NCBI GenBank assembly: GCA_030524175.1
Contig: JAUNHC010000010.1
Coordinates: forward strand, 68,411-132,410
Source: Eubacteriales bacterium
Lineage (GTDB): Bacteria; Bacillota; Clostridia; Lachnospirales; Lachnospiraceae
DNA: 64,000 nt
Direction: 5' to 3'
Both the position numbers and the translations under genes were made by a program. The notes under the pieces were generated by a model. The model searched no databases and was not told the DNA's origin. It saw nothing but the letters and a program-made list of their open reading frames with translations. Shown piece after piece: positions 1 to 9,732 of the stretch. Each line of letters begins with the position of its first letter. Within the stretch, counting starts at the first letter, position 1.

Positions 1-256
1 CCAAAACCCGGAATGACTTTGTGTTCAGTGTCATCCCAATGGAACGCCGCCCTTTATTACCGCTTAAAAGCCTGGTCTCTACTACTAATTCCCATTTTAT
101 AAAATCATTAATTATATTTGTGATCGTTGCCTGTTTCAAACCTGTAAGGTTCGCCAAATGCACCCGGGAACACTCACCCTCTTCCTGTAACAGATGAAGC
201 AACAGAGAACGGTTCATTTTCTGTATATCATCCTGATTGATTCCTCTGTTATACAA
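1..256 (-). CDS. ROK family (NagC/XylR-like) transcriptional repressor, 5' part; runs off the window
   Basis: Manual minus-strand translation: LYNRGINQDDIQKMNRSLLLHLLQEEGECSRVHLANLTGLKQATITNIINDFIKWELVVE...GRRSIGMTLN, a typical ROK winged HTH. TTG start after GGGAGG; an in-frame ATG lies at 271. Confidence 0.8.
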   Translation of the reverse strand, partial: MYNRGINQDDIQKMNRSLLLHLLQEEGECSRVHLANLTGLKQATITNIINDFIKWELVVETRLLSGNKGRRSIGMTLNTKSFRVL

Positions 257-413
257 TTCTCTTCCTCCCATTTCTTAATCCATTGAAAAAATTATTCGCT
301 TTAATTATATTTTTTCTGCTGTTAATTGTCAATTACTAAAATTCATTAACTTTATATATTAACATTTAAGTCTCTTTTTGCATTTACTTAATTCATTTTA
401 TTTATTATTTCAA

Positions 414-442
414 TTGACACATTAAGTCGTTTGATGTAATAT
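414..442 (+). promoter_or_regulatory. sigma-70/A promoter of aldo/keto reductase
   Basis: TTGACA-17 bp-TAATAT upstream of RBS AAGGAGG. Confidence 0.55.
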
Positions 443-474
443 AAGGCTATAATATAAAAAAGGAGGGGTCACCC

Positions 475-1401
475 ATGAAACAGGTTGAAATTGGAAGCAC
501 TGGTATCACAGCATCAGCAATAGTGCAAGGCTGCATGAGAATCAATACCATGACCATATCTGAAATAGAAAAATTAGTTTATCAGGATTTGGAAAATGGT
601 ATTAACTTTTTTGACCATGCGGACTGCTATACTGACGGGGAATGCGAGCGCCTGTTCGGCGAAGTGTTAAAACTGCACCCTGATTTACGTAATAACATTA
701 AATTACAGACAAAATGCGGAATTCTTACAGGCGAATTATACTATTTTGATTTTTCAAAAAATCATATACTTAAAGCTGTTGATGAAAGTCTCTCACGTCT
801 ATCCACAGACTATATTGATTTCCTGCTGCTTCACCGCCCCGACGCTTTGGTGGAGCCGGAGGATGTAGCTGCTGCTTTTGATATTTTGCAGTCATCCGGC
901 AAAGTTTTGCATTTTGGCGTAAGTAATCAAAATCCCGGTCAAATGGAATTACTTAAAAAGTATGTGAAACAACCTTTGGAAATAAACCAGCTTCAATTCA
1001 GTATTATGCATACCGGTATGATTGATGAAGGGTTCAGTGTCAACACGAAATTTGAGGGTTCCCTCAACCATGACGGAAGCGTTTTAAATTACTGCCGCCT
1101 GCACGATTGCACAATTCAGGCATGGTCACCCTTCCAGTATGGTTTTTTTGACGGTCCATTCCTGGATAACCCCAAATTCCCTGAATTAAACAAAAAAATC
1201 AGTCAGATCGCCGAAAAATATCAAGTATCCGGCGATGCTGTGGCTATTGCATGGATATTAAGACATCCTGCCAACATGCAGGCTGTTATTGGCTCAACTA
1301 ATCTTAAGAGACTCCATAATGCATCAAAGGCTGGTAATATTACCTTAACCCGTAAAGAATGGTATGAAATATATCACGCTGCCGGAAATTTTATTCCTTA
1401 A
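475..1401 (+). CDS. Aldo/keto reductase (YdhF/YcsN-like)
   Basis: FFDHADCY, LQTKCGI, LSTDYIDFLLLHRPD, GVSN, QAWSP and IAWILRHP AKR motifs. Confidence 0.9.
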   Translation: MKQVEIGSTGITASAIVQGCMRINTMTISEIEKLVYQDLENGINFFDHADCYTDGECERLFGEVLKLHPDLRNNIKLQTKCGILTGELYYFDFSKNHILKAVDESLSRLSTDYIDFLLLHRPDALVEPEDVAAAFDILQSSGKVLHFGVSNQNPGQMELLKKYVKQPLEINQLQFSIMHTGMIDEGFSVNTKFEGSLNHDGSVLNYCRLHDCTIQAWSPFQYGFFDGPFLDNPKFPELNKKISQIAEKYQVSGDAVAIAWILRHPANMQAVIGSTNLKRLHNASKAGNITLTRKEWYEIYHAAGNFIP

Positions 1402-1480
1402 AAATTTGTGATACCTTTTACTTTTCCTATGCCATGCATGTAAGTGTTTCCATTAGTACCAGTTTGACCATAATGTCAAA

Positions 1481-1528
1481 AAATAGTGGCCGGATATTCG
1501 TATTTCATCGAAAATCCGGCCACTATTT
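1481..1528 (+). terminator. Probable intrinsic terminator hairpin
   Basis: AAATAGTGGCCGGAT (1481-1495) / ATCCGGCCACTATTT (1514-1528) perfect inverted repeat downstream of the AKR gene. Confidence 0.6.
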
Positions 1529-1617
1529 CATAGGGCATTTTATCCGTATCACATTTCCAAACAAAAATCCCCACATTCTTTTCTGCGGAAACTAAAGTAA
1601 CTCAAGAAATACTCTCC

Positions 1618-1669
1618 TTGACTTTTCCATCACACTATGTTACCATTCATTAAACTGACCGTTGGTCTA
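1618..1669 (+). promoter_or_regulatory. Promoter plus TetR-type operator
   Basis: TTGACT-17 bp-TACCAT followed by imperfect palindrome TAAACTGACCGTTGGTCTA (1651-1669). Confidence 0.6.
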
Positions 1670-1684
1670 AAAGGTGGTAAATGA

Positions 1685-2320
1685 ATGATGCGCAGACATA
1701 AAGAACCAGAAGTAAGAAAAAGTGAATTATTAGATGCGGCACAAAAGCTGTTCATCGAAAAAGGTTATGCAAAAACAACAGTTACTGATATTTTGAACGT
1801 ACACGGGTTATCAAAAGGCGTATTCTACTACTATTTCAAATCCAAAGAAGAAATTATGGACGCAATCATCCAGCGCATGGTGGATGAAATGGTAGTCCAT
1901 GCCAAAAAGATTGCGGCAGATCCTGACATGACTCCGCCCCAAAAGATATTGGCTATTTTGATGGGACAGGGGCAGTCAGAAGAATTGATAAAAGACAAGG
2001 AAAGTATGACTCAACAATTTCATGAGGTCCAAAACGCTGAAATGCACCAAAAAAGTTTATCTCTGAGCATACAGTCTCTTGCACCTGTTATGGCTGAAAT
2101 ATTCAAAGAAGATAAGAGCACTGTCCCATTCTCCGTTCATTATCCTCAGGAGACAATTGCTTTGCTTCTTGCGGCAGGGCAAGTAATTTTCGATGAAGGA
2201 TTATTTCAGTGGAGCGAAGAAGAGCGTACCCGGTATGCTGTTGCTTTCATTGAAATGATGGAGAAAACATTAGGTGTTCCATTGGGATATTTTAATGAAC
2301 TCAAGAAAATGTTTTCATAA
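1685..2320 (+). CDS. TetR/AcrR family transcriptional regulator
   Basis: N-terminal HTH LLDAAQKLFIEKGYAKTTVTDIL...GLSKGVFYYYFKSKEE. Confidence 0.92.
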   Translation: MMRRHKEPEVRKSELLDAAQKLFIEKGYAKTTVTDILNVHGLSKGVFYYYFKSKEEIMDAIIQRMVDEMVVHAKKIAADPDMTPPQKILAILMGQGQSEELIKDKESMTQQFHEVQNAEMHQKSLSLSIQSLAPVMAEIFKEDKSTVPFSVHYPQETIALLLAAGQVIFDEGLFQWSEEERTRYAVAFIEMMEKTLGVPLGYFNELKKMFS

Positions 2321-2362
2321 TTCACACGTCACTGTCTGTCATATTTATTTTTGCGCATAATA

Positions 2363-2381
2363 TAGACTGACGGTCAGTTTA
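2363..2381 (+). promoter_or_regulatory. Second TetR-type operator upstream of the MFS gene
   Basis: TAGACTGACGGTCAGTTTA; its reverse complement matches 1651-1669 at 17/19; follows a CATAAT -10 element. Confidence 0.65.
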
Positions 2382-2397
2382 TATTGGAGGTTTCAGA

Positions 2398-3654
2398 ATG
2401 AAAGAGAAAACTTTAGGTACCCCGTCACCTAAAAATTTTAATTTGATGGTACTGGGGCAGATTATTTCAATTCTAGGGTCGGCACTGTTACGGTTTGCGC
2501 TCTCCCTTTACGTTTTAGATACAACAGGCAGTGAATCTTTATTTGCCACAATGTTCGCCGTATCCAATATACCACTTTTGCTTGCTCCGCTGGGCGGGGC
2601 AATTGCCGACAGATTCAACCGCCGCAACCTGATGGTAATATTTGATTTTACCAGCTGTGCAATTGTATTGTTCTTCATTTTACTTATGAATTGGGGCAGG
2701 ATTTCTGTCTTATTAGTTGGAATAGTCATGGTGCTTCTTTCTGTTGTCAGCGCCTTGTATACCCCCGCTGTAACGGCAAGTATACCTCTGTTGGTTGAGA
2801 AGCAGAAATTAGAGGGTGCAAACGGTGTTGTTCAAGCGGTTCAGTCATTATCAGCTGTTGCAGCCCCTGTCTTGGGCGGGATTTTGTATGGGATTGTAGA
2901 TTTCCCAACTGTTGTAGCTGTTAGCTGTATCTTATTTTTCCTGTCTGCCGTAATGGAGATTTTCATCAAAATACCGTTTGAGGCGAGACAATGGACCGGT
3001 CGCATTATACCGACTATCACAAGTGATATGAAGGAAGGTTTCATATACGTCATCAAGCAGAGATTTATACGGAAAGTCAGTATAATTGCCGTCTTGTTAA
3101 ACCTGATTCTGGTTCCTTATTTTCTTGTAGGCGCGCCCATTGTCTTGCGGGTGACAATGGAAAGCAGTGATACCTTGTACGGGATCGGAATGGGGTTCAT
3201 TAACTTTTCCACCATATTAGGAGCATTATCCATTGGATTTTTTGCGAAAAAAATGAGACTGAAAACATTACACCGCTGGCTTTTTGTCTGCGCTCTGATG
3301 ATGGTACTTATAGCAGTATCATTGATGCCGTTTATGCTGGGGATGGGGTATTACCCTTCCTTTATCCTGTTTATGCTTGGTGCTGTTCCTATTGCGGCAA
3401 GTATGACGATCATTTCTATTTACATCATTACAAAGGTTCAAAAAGTAACGCCCAATCAAAATCTTGGAAAGGTCATGGCAATAATGACGGCAGTTGCCCA
3501 ATGTGCTGCTCCGCTGGGCCAAATACTCTATGGCGTTATCTTTGAAAAATGGAGCACTCAGATATTTATACCAACATTCTTTGCCGGTATTGTGACATTG
3601 CTTCTGGGTATTCTGACATGGCAGCTTTTGAAAAGGGAGGAGGAAAAATCATAA
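2398..3654 (+). CDS. MFS efflux transporter (DHA3/MefA-like)
   Basis: About 12 hydrophobic segments; motif A GGAIADRFNRRNLM; GQIISILGSAL N-terminus. Confidence 0.88.
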   Translation: MKEKTLGTPSPKNFNLMVLGQIISILGSALLRFALSLYVLDTTGSESLFATMFAVSNIPLLLAPLGGAIADRFNRRNLMVIFDFTSCAIVLFFILLMNWGRISVLLVGIVMVLLSVVSALYTPAVTASIPLLVEKQKLEGANGVVQAVQSLSAVAAPVLGGILYGIVDFPTVVAVSCILFFLSAVMEIFIKIPFEARQWTGRIIPTITSDMKEGFIYVIKQRFIRKVSIIAVLLNLILVPYFLVGAPIVLRVTMESSDTLYGIGMGFINFSTILGALSIGFFAKKMRLKTLHRWLFVCALMMVLIAVSLMPFMLGMGYYPSFILFMLGAVPIAASMTIISIYIITKVQKVTPNQNLGKVMAIMTAVAQCAAPLGQILYGVIFEKWSTQIFIPTFFAGIVTLLLGILTWQLLKREEEKS

Positions 3655-3703
3655 TAATAAGAAAAATGAAGTCTGTTCAGATAATGAAGAAGGAGGTAAC
3701 ATC

Positions 3704-6034
3704 ATGTACGGCAAACTGATCATGAACGATATACGGAAAAGCAAACTGATCTCAATAACAATCGCCGCCTTTATTGCGTCTGCAGCGGCATTGACATCGG
3801 TTGCAGCCATGCTGGGTATAAATCTGTCCGGCGGGGTTGGCCATCTGATGGAGGAAGCAAAGGCCGTCCACTTTTTGCAGATGCATTCCGGTGATATTGA
3901 CGAGCTGCAGCTCCAAAAATTTGCAGATACACAGAACAATGTGGAAGCATACCAACTGGCAAGGTTTCTCAATGTGAACGGAGGGGACATTCTCATAGGG
4001 GAAAACTCTCTGGAAGGAAGTGTACAGGATAACGGATTTTCCACACAAAATAAAGAGTTCGACTTTTTATTAGATCTAAACGGCCAGATCATTCATCCGG
4101 CTGACGGCCAGGTCTATGTCCCTCTCTGTTACAGAAAAGACGGCAGCACCAAATTAGGGGATACGCTGACTGTACACGGCGTATCCCTCACAGTGTCCGG
4201 ATTTTTGCGGGATTCTGCAATGAACGCTGATATTACCGGTTCCAAGCGCTTTCTTGTCAGCGAAAATAGTTTTAAAGAGTTGGAAGAGTTGGGCAGTATG
4301 GAATATTTAATCGAGTTCCGTTTGAAAGACCCATCGGCATTCTCTGCATTCCAGTCAGATTATTTTGCAGCCAAACTGCCTGCGAACGGGCCGCCGGTCA
4401 TCAGCCGCCCTCTGCTTACCATGATGAACGCCATAACAGACGGTATCATGATCGCAGTGCTGATCATGATAAGTATCCTCGTGGTTATCGTGTCGTTTCT
4501 CTGCATCCGTTTCACACTTCTCGCCAAAATTGAGGAGGACTACAGGGAAATCGGTGTGCTGAAAGCTATCGGCCTGCGATCTGAGGAAATCGCTAAGCTA
4601 TATTCCGCCAAGTATGGAGCAATTGCCGGGGCAGCCTGTATCTTAGGATTATTATTCTCGTTACCCCTTTGCGCCCCATTGATGGAAAATATGCGAGTTT
4701 ACATGGGCGTTAGCGGCATGGGTATGACTGCCCCGCTCATAGGTGCCCTGGGAGCTTTGATCATCTTCCTTGTAGTAATGTGGTATGTAAAAGCCGTTTT
4801 AAGGCGGTTTCATAAAATACCGGCAGCACAGGCAGTGCGGTTCGGCGCGCCCATGGAAAAAACAAAAGCAGCAAAGGGATTTCGTTTCAGCAGCAACAGC
4901 CTCTTTTCGCCCAATATTTTCCTTGGTATCAAGGATGTACTAACCCGCAAGAAACTCTATATCACCATGTTTGCAGTGCTGGTTATTTCATCCTTCATCC
5001 TGATCGTTCCCCAGAACATCTACAATACCATTTCTGCGAGAAGCTTTATGACATATATGGGGATTGGAGAAAGTGACATATCAGTAAATCTGTCCCAAAC
5101 ACAGACGGACAACGTCGCGCAGGCCGCAGCGGACATCAGCGCTGCACTTGCGGCAGATGAAAATATTGAGAAATATGCGGTGCTTTCCGGCATGGTATTC
5201 AGCATGCCTGCTAAGGACGGCCGCATGGAAAGGCTGCGGGTAGATTTGGGTGACCATAATTCCTTTCCTGTCATGTATTCACAGGGCAGTGCACCGGCAG
5301 CTGATACGGAAATTGCACTTTCCTCCTTGAACGCCGAGGAACTTGATAAGACCCTTGGTGACGAACTTACATTAATTGTGGACGGCAAGGAAAAACTTAT
5401 GACAGTTTGCGGAATTTATTCCGACATCACCAATGCCGGGAAAACGGCAAAGGCCTCCTTTGAGACAGAAGACTCTGATTTAATGCGTGTAGTTATCCCA
5501 ATCGAGCTTCGCCATAAGACAGCAGTATCAGAAACAGCATCTCAGTACCAGGCAGAGTTCCCCTTTGCCATCATTGCTGTTGCCGACGAATATGTTCACC
5601 AGACATTTGGCGGTACCTTGTCCGCTATACAAAAAGCGTCTTACGCTTCCACCGCTGCTGCCCTATTGCTTACCATACTGGTCACATTACTGTTTATGAA
5701 AATGCTCGTGGCAAAAGACCGCTATCCCATCGCAGTCCTGAAATCATTAGGTTTTACCAACAGAGATATCCGCAGACAATATATGACACGTTCTATAATC
5801 GTCACAGCGTTGGGGATAACTGCCGGCGTCATTCTGGCAAACACTTTAGGAGAGGTGATCGGCGGCATCTTGATTTCTTCTTTAGGTGCCACAACCTTCA
5901 CCTTTGTAGTAAACCCATGGTTTGCTTATCTGCTTTCCCCCCTGCTCATCGGGGCGTGTGTGATCATAGCTACAGTTTTCGGCGTATGGGATATTCGCCG
6001 GTTAAAAATTTCGGAATATATTAAGGAGATATAA
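3704..6034 (+). CDS. FtsX/MacB-like ABC transporter permease with duplicated FtsX domains
   Basis: Two EEDYREIGVLKAIG / KDRYPIAVLKSLGF FtsX motifs with large extracellular loops; precedes the ATPase gene. Confidence 0.88.
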   Translation: MYGKLIMNDIRKSKLISITIAAFIASAAALTSVAAMLGINLSGGVGHLMEEAKAVHFLQMHSGDIDELQLQKFADTQNNVEAYQLARFLNVNGGDILIGENSLEGSVQDNGFSTQNKEFDFLLDLNGQIIHPADGQVYVPLCYRKDGSTKLGDTLTVHGVSLTVSGFLRDSAMNADITGSKRFLVSENSFKELEELGSMEYLIEFRLKDPSAFSAFQSDYFAAKLPANGPPVISRPLLTMMNAITDGIMIAVLIMISILVVIVSFLCIRFTLLAKIEEDYREIGVLKAIGLRSEEIAKLYSAKYGAIAGAACILGLLFSLPLCAPLMENMRVYMGVSGMGMTAPLIGALGALIIFLVVMWYVKAVLRRFHKIPAAQAVRFGAPMEKTKAAKGFRFSSNSLFSPNIFLGIKDVLTRKKLYITMFAVLVISSFILIVPQNIYNTISARSFMTYMGIGESDISVNLSQTQTDNVAQAAADISAALAADENIEKYAVLSGMVFSMPAKDGRMERLRVDLGDHNSFPVMYSQGSAPAADTEIALSSLNAEELDKTLGDELTLIVDGKEKLMTVCGIYSDITNAGKTAKASFETEDSDLMRVVIPIELRHKTAVSETASQYQAEFPFAIIAVADEYVHQTFGGTLSAIQKASYASTAAALLLTILVTLLFMKMLVAKDRYPIAVLKSLGFTNRDIRRQYMTRSIIVTALGITAGVILANTLGEVIGGILISSLGATTFTFVVNPWFAYLLSPLLIGACVIIATVFGVWDIRRLKISEYIKEI

Positions 6035-6036
6035 AT

Positions 6037-6795
6037 ATGGTAAACATCATTAGTGGAAAAAACATAGTAAAAACTTTTGGAACCGGAGCAGAACAGGTGA
6101 AGGTATTGGACTCCGTCAATGCAGTGATCGAAAAAGGGGAGTTCGTAGCAGTGATGGGGCCTTCCGGTTCGGGGAAAACCACGCTGCTCCATGCGTTGTC
6201 CGGCATGGATACCATCACAGGCGGATCGGTAAAATTCAAAGATACCCAATTGTCCCAGCTCTCCGAAAATGAGCTTGCAGATGTACGCCGGACAAAAATG
6301 GGTTTCATCTTTCAACAGCCCACCATGTTAAAAAATCTAAACCTCTTAGACAATATCATCCTTCCCGCAGCACGGAACTCCAAAAAAGCCACTGCCAAGC
6401 TCATCCAAAAGGCCAATCTCCTGATGAAGAAAATGGGGATTGACAGTCTTGAATACAGGGATATCACAGAGGTTTCCGGCGGGCAGCTTCAACGTGCGGG
6501 AATCTGCCGCGCCCTGATGAACGACCCGGAGATTCTTTTTGCCGATGAGCCCACCGGTGCCCTTAATTCCAAATCAGCGGGAGAAATCATGGAGCTGCTT
6601 GTGGACATCAACCAAAAAGGTACCGCAATCCTGCTTGTAACTCACGACGCCAAGGTAGCTGCCAAAGCCGACAGGGTACTTTTCACCAAAGACGGCAGCA
6701 TTGTTTCTGAATTACCGCTGAATAAGTTCACCGGAAAGGATATGGAGACAAGAACAGAAAAAGTCCTGGCAAAGATGACTGCCATTGAAATATAA
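6037..6795 (+). CDS. ABC transporter ATP-binding protein (LolD/MacB-like)
   Basis: GPSGSGKT, VSGGQLQR, FADEPTGALN, VTHD. Confidence 0.93.
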   Translation: MVNIISGKNIVKTFGTGAEQVKVLDSVNAVIEKGEFVAVMGPSGSGKTTLLHALSGMDTITGGSVKFKDTQLSQLSENELADVRRTKMGFIFQQPTMLKNLNLLDNIILPAARNSKKATAKLIQKANLLMKKMGIDSLEYRDITEVSGGQLQRAGICRALMNDPEILFADEPTGALNSKSAGEIMELLVDINQKGTAILLVTHDAKVAAKADRVLFTKDGSIVSELPLNKFTGKDMETRTEKVLAKMTAIEI

Positions 6796-6878
6796 GAAAA
6801 TCAATTAAATCCTCTCAAACTGATACGCCATATTTACCAAACCATCTTGATGTAACTCTTCCAATCTAATATAATGAA

Positions 6879-6918
6879 ATGAGGCCGGGACCAAAGCACC
6901 TTTTGACCCCGGCCTCAT
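6879..6918. terminator. Stem-loop after the ABC operon; terminator or 5' leader structure
   Basis: ATGAGGCCGGG / CCCGGCCTCAT inverted repeat; weak U-tract; lies just after a TTGATG-17-TATAAT promoter (6847-6875). Confidence 0.4.
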
Positions 6919-7010
6919 GAAATTCCTCTAACTAAATTCACAATCCCAGCCCGGTGATGAATGCCGGAAAATACCGAAACAAATTGAGAAAGTAAAGCAC
7001 AGGAGAAAGT

Positions 7011-7859
7011 ATGTTCCGAATCGGCGAATTTTCAAAACTCACACAGGTATCCATAAGAATGCTGCGCTATTATGATGAGGCCAGTCTTCTGAAACCTGCA
7101 GAAACCCACCCTTGGACCGGCTACCGCCTGTATTCTGCAGACCAGATTCCTGTCCTGAATAAAATAATCTACCTCCGGGACAGTGGATTTACCGTGGCCG
7201 AGATTGCCCAAGCTCTCAGCAGCCAAAATGACAGCTTCACCCTTCAGCTGCTTCAGAACAAGCACATGGAAATCGAAGAACACATACAGGCAGAAAAAGT
7301 GAAGCTTCAGAAAATCCAAAGGGCAAAACAAGAGCTTCAAGGTGTAAAAGATGAAATGTTCTATCAGATCACAATAAAATCCATCCCCAGCATCAGGGTT
7401 CTGTCTCTGCGAAAAGTAATTCCTGATTATTATGCGGAAGGTGATCTCTGGAAGGAAATGTCAGAATTTGTACGGCAGCATACAATTGAAATATCTCCTG
7501 ACACTTTCTCCATATATCATGACAATGAATATAAGGAAAAAAACGTTGATGTGGAATTATGCGCCCCTGTGAAAAAATCAGGGCAAAGCTCAGGCGCTTT
7601 TACCTTCCGCTGTACAGAAGCGGTCCCCCTCATGGCCTGTACTATGGTCTACGGGGACTTTTCCAACATTGCAGAAGCCTACATTGCCTTCGCAAAGTGG
7701 CTCCAGGATAACAGCCAGTATACAATGGGAGCTACAAGCCGCCAGATTGTACACCGCGGCCCCTGGAATGAAGAAGACCCCGGGAAGTATCTCACAGAAA
7801 TACAGATTCCCTTAGATGAGCATCCCTGCAGAAACAGCTTTGAAAATCCACTGTTATAA
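7011..7859 (+). CDS. MerR family regulator with GyrI-like effector domain (BmrR-like)
   Basis: MFRIGEFSKLTQVSIRMLRYYDEASLLKP...GYRLYS HTH, coiled coil, C-terminal GyrI-like domain. Confidence 0.92.
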   Translation: MFRIGEFSKLTQVSIRMLRYYDEASLLKPAETHPWTGYRLYSADQIPVLNKIIYLRDSGFTVAEIAQALSSQNDSFTLQLLQNKHMEIEEHIQAEKVKLQKIQRAKQELQGVKDEMFYQITIKSIPSIRVLSLRKVIPDYYAEGDLWKEMSEFVRQHTIEISPDTFSIYHDNEYKEKNVDVELCAPVKKSGQSSGAFTFRCTEAVPLMACTMVYGDFSNIAEAYIAFAKWLQDNSQYTMGATSRQIVHRGPWNEEDPGKYLTEIQIPLDEHPCRNSFENPLL

Positions 7860-7870
7860 GGAGAAAACCC

Positions 7871-8563
7871 ATGATACTGATCATAGAAGATAATCCCAAC
7901 ATAAGGCAGGAATTATCCGGTTATCTGCTGGCAAACGGACATCCTTGCGTATGCCCGGAAGACTATTTCTGTACTCAGGAGAATTTGTTTGCTGATGTAT
8001 CAAATTTATTGGATACCTGCCCTATAGAGCTTATACTTCTGGATATCAATCTGGAATCCTGCGACGGTCTGAAGCTTTGCCGTGATATCCGCAGCATATC
8101 CAGTGTACCTGTTATTTTTGTAACAGGAAGGACTAACGATAAGGATGAACTTTCAGGAATTCTTATGGGCGGTGATGATTTTATCAGAAAGCCTTACAGC
8201 CTGCCCATCCTTCTGGCCCGTATCAACCGCATACTTACCAGGCAGAACCAAGCACCCTCTGAAGCTATCTACGCGTCCGGCGTATCCCTCAACGTTCTCA
8301 TGGGCCAGCTTACCTGGAAAGGAGCAACCATGGATTTATCCAAAAATGAGGTCAAAATCCTATATTACCTTTTCCTCAATAAAGGACATGTTGTGACTAA
8401 GGATTCCCTTATAGAATATCTGTGGGAAAATAAGTTCTATGTAGACGAGAATATTTTAAATGTTAATCTGTCCAGGTTACGCCGCAGGCTGAAGGATCTG
8501 GGCGTAGGAAACCTGATCATTACAATCCCTAAAAAGGGACTGATGGTACAAGCGGATGAATAA
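7871..8563 (+). CDS. OmpR-family response regulator (BceR/GraR-like)
   Basis: ILIIED, LLDINL, GGDDFIRKPY receiver domain; C-terminal wHTH NVNLSRLRRRL. Confidence 0.9.
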   Translation: MILIIEDNPNIRQELSGYLLANGHPCVCPEDYFCTQENLFADVSNLLDTCPIELILLDINLESCDGLKLCRDIRSISSVPVIFVTGRTNDKDELSGILMGGDDFIRKPYSLPILLARINRILTRQNQAPSEAIYASGVSLNVLMGQLTWKGATMDLSKNEVKILYYLFLNKGHVVTKDSLIEYLWENKFYVDENILNVNLSRLRRRLKDLGVGNLIITIPKKGLMVQADE

Positions 8564-8581
8564 AGAAGAAAGGACTCCCCC

Positions 8582-9607
8582 ATGACCTTTACCGATTATC
8601 TCTATGACAAACTGATGCTTCTGTTTCTAAATTTATTCTGTGCTGCTGCTCTGTGCATTTATCTGGTGATGTTTGGAAATAAGCTTTCCATTCTCCTGCC
8701 CATTCTGCTTGTCTGGGCAATTATCCTGATCTGTGTCTGGGGAACAGGATACTGCAGACTCCATAAAAAATCTGTCTCCATATCTCATCAATTGGACCAG
8801 CTCGACCAAAAATACCTGATATTTGAAATGCTCGGGAAACCCGGCTCATATGCAGAAAAGCTGTTTCACCGCATCCTTCGCACCGCCTGCAAGTCCATGC
8901 TGGAAAATGTAAACCAGATAAAAAATTCCCAGCGGCAATACAAGGAATATATTGAAGAATGGATCCATGAAATCAAAACTCCCATTACCGCCATTGATCT
9001 CATCTGCAGGAACCACCCGGACAATGACAGCAAACGCATAGGAAAAGAACTTTCCCACATTGACTATCTGGTAGAGCAGGCTTTATACTATGCCCGCAGT
9101 GAGAATGTGGAGAAGGATTACTTTGTAAAGAAATTCCCTCTGGCTGATGCCCTCGGCCCTGCGCTCCTGAACAACAGGACACTGCTGCTGGAAGAAAAAA
9201 TCTCACTGCAGGTTGATGACTTTTCACATATTGTGTGCACAGATGAAAAATGGATCACTTATATACTGAACCAAATTCTTTCAAATGCAATTAAATATCA
9301 CAGGGAAGACGGAGCCTGGATCAAAATCTCCGCCCGGCAGGCAAAAAACGGCGTTTATCTTATGATTGAAGACAACGGGCAAGGTATCCGCCCCCAGGAC
9401 CTCCCCCGCATTTTTGAAAAAGGTTTTACCGGCAGTGCCCGGGACAACAGGAAGTCCACCGGCATGGGACTTTATCTGTGCCGCAAACTATGCTCAAAAC
9501 TGGGGCTGACCATTGAGGCGGATTCTGTATATGGAAAAGGGACCACAATTACTATCGGCTTTCCCTCCGGCAGTTTCACCCATCCGGAACTTCGTGATCA
9601 ACAATGA
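8582..9607 (+). CDS. Intramembrane-sensing histidine kinase (BceS/GraS-like)
   Basis: Two closely spaced TM helices, WIHEIKTP H-box, NAIKY, DNGQG, GMGLYL. Confidence 0.9.
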   Translation: MTFTDYLYDKLMLLFLNLFCAAALCIYLVMFGNKLSILLPILLVWAIILICVWGTGYCRLHKKSVSISHQLDQLDQKYLIFEMLGKPGSYAEKLFHRILRTACKSMLENVNQIKNSQRQYKEYIEEWIHEIKTPITAIDLICRNHPDNDSKRIGKELSHIDYLVEQALYYARSENVEKDYFVKKFPLADALGPALLNNRTLLLEEKISLQVDDFSHIVCTDEKWITYILNQILSNAIKYHREDGAWIKISARQAKNGVYLMIEDNGQGIRPQDLPRIFEKGFTGSARDNRKSTGMGLYLCRKLCSKLGLTIEADSVYGKGTTITIGFPSGSFTHPELRDQQ

Positions 9608-9612
9608 TCCGC

Positions 9613-9630
9613 ACTTACAACTTTGTAAGT
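9613..9630 (+). promoter_or_regulatory. BceR-type response regulator binding site
   Basis: ACTTACA-N4-TGTAAGT perfect inverted repeat matching the TNACA-N4-TGTAA consensus, upstream of extended -10 TGCTATGAT. Confidence 0.75.
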
Positions 9631-9732
9631 ACCAAAAATCTTTCCCTCCTGCTATGATAACAGCATCAGGAACAACAAACTAAACGGACATGTGTGCCGG
9701 AGCACCATCACCGATCATAGAAGGAGTTATTT

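Noticed and set aside
6948-6980. Hammerhead-like GTGATGA...GAAAC string upstream of merR
   Set aside because: The core lacks the required CUGANGA and I could not build the three stems
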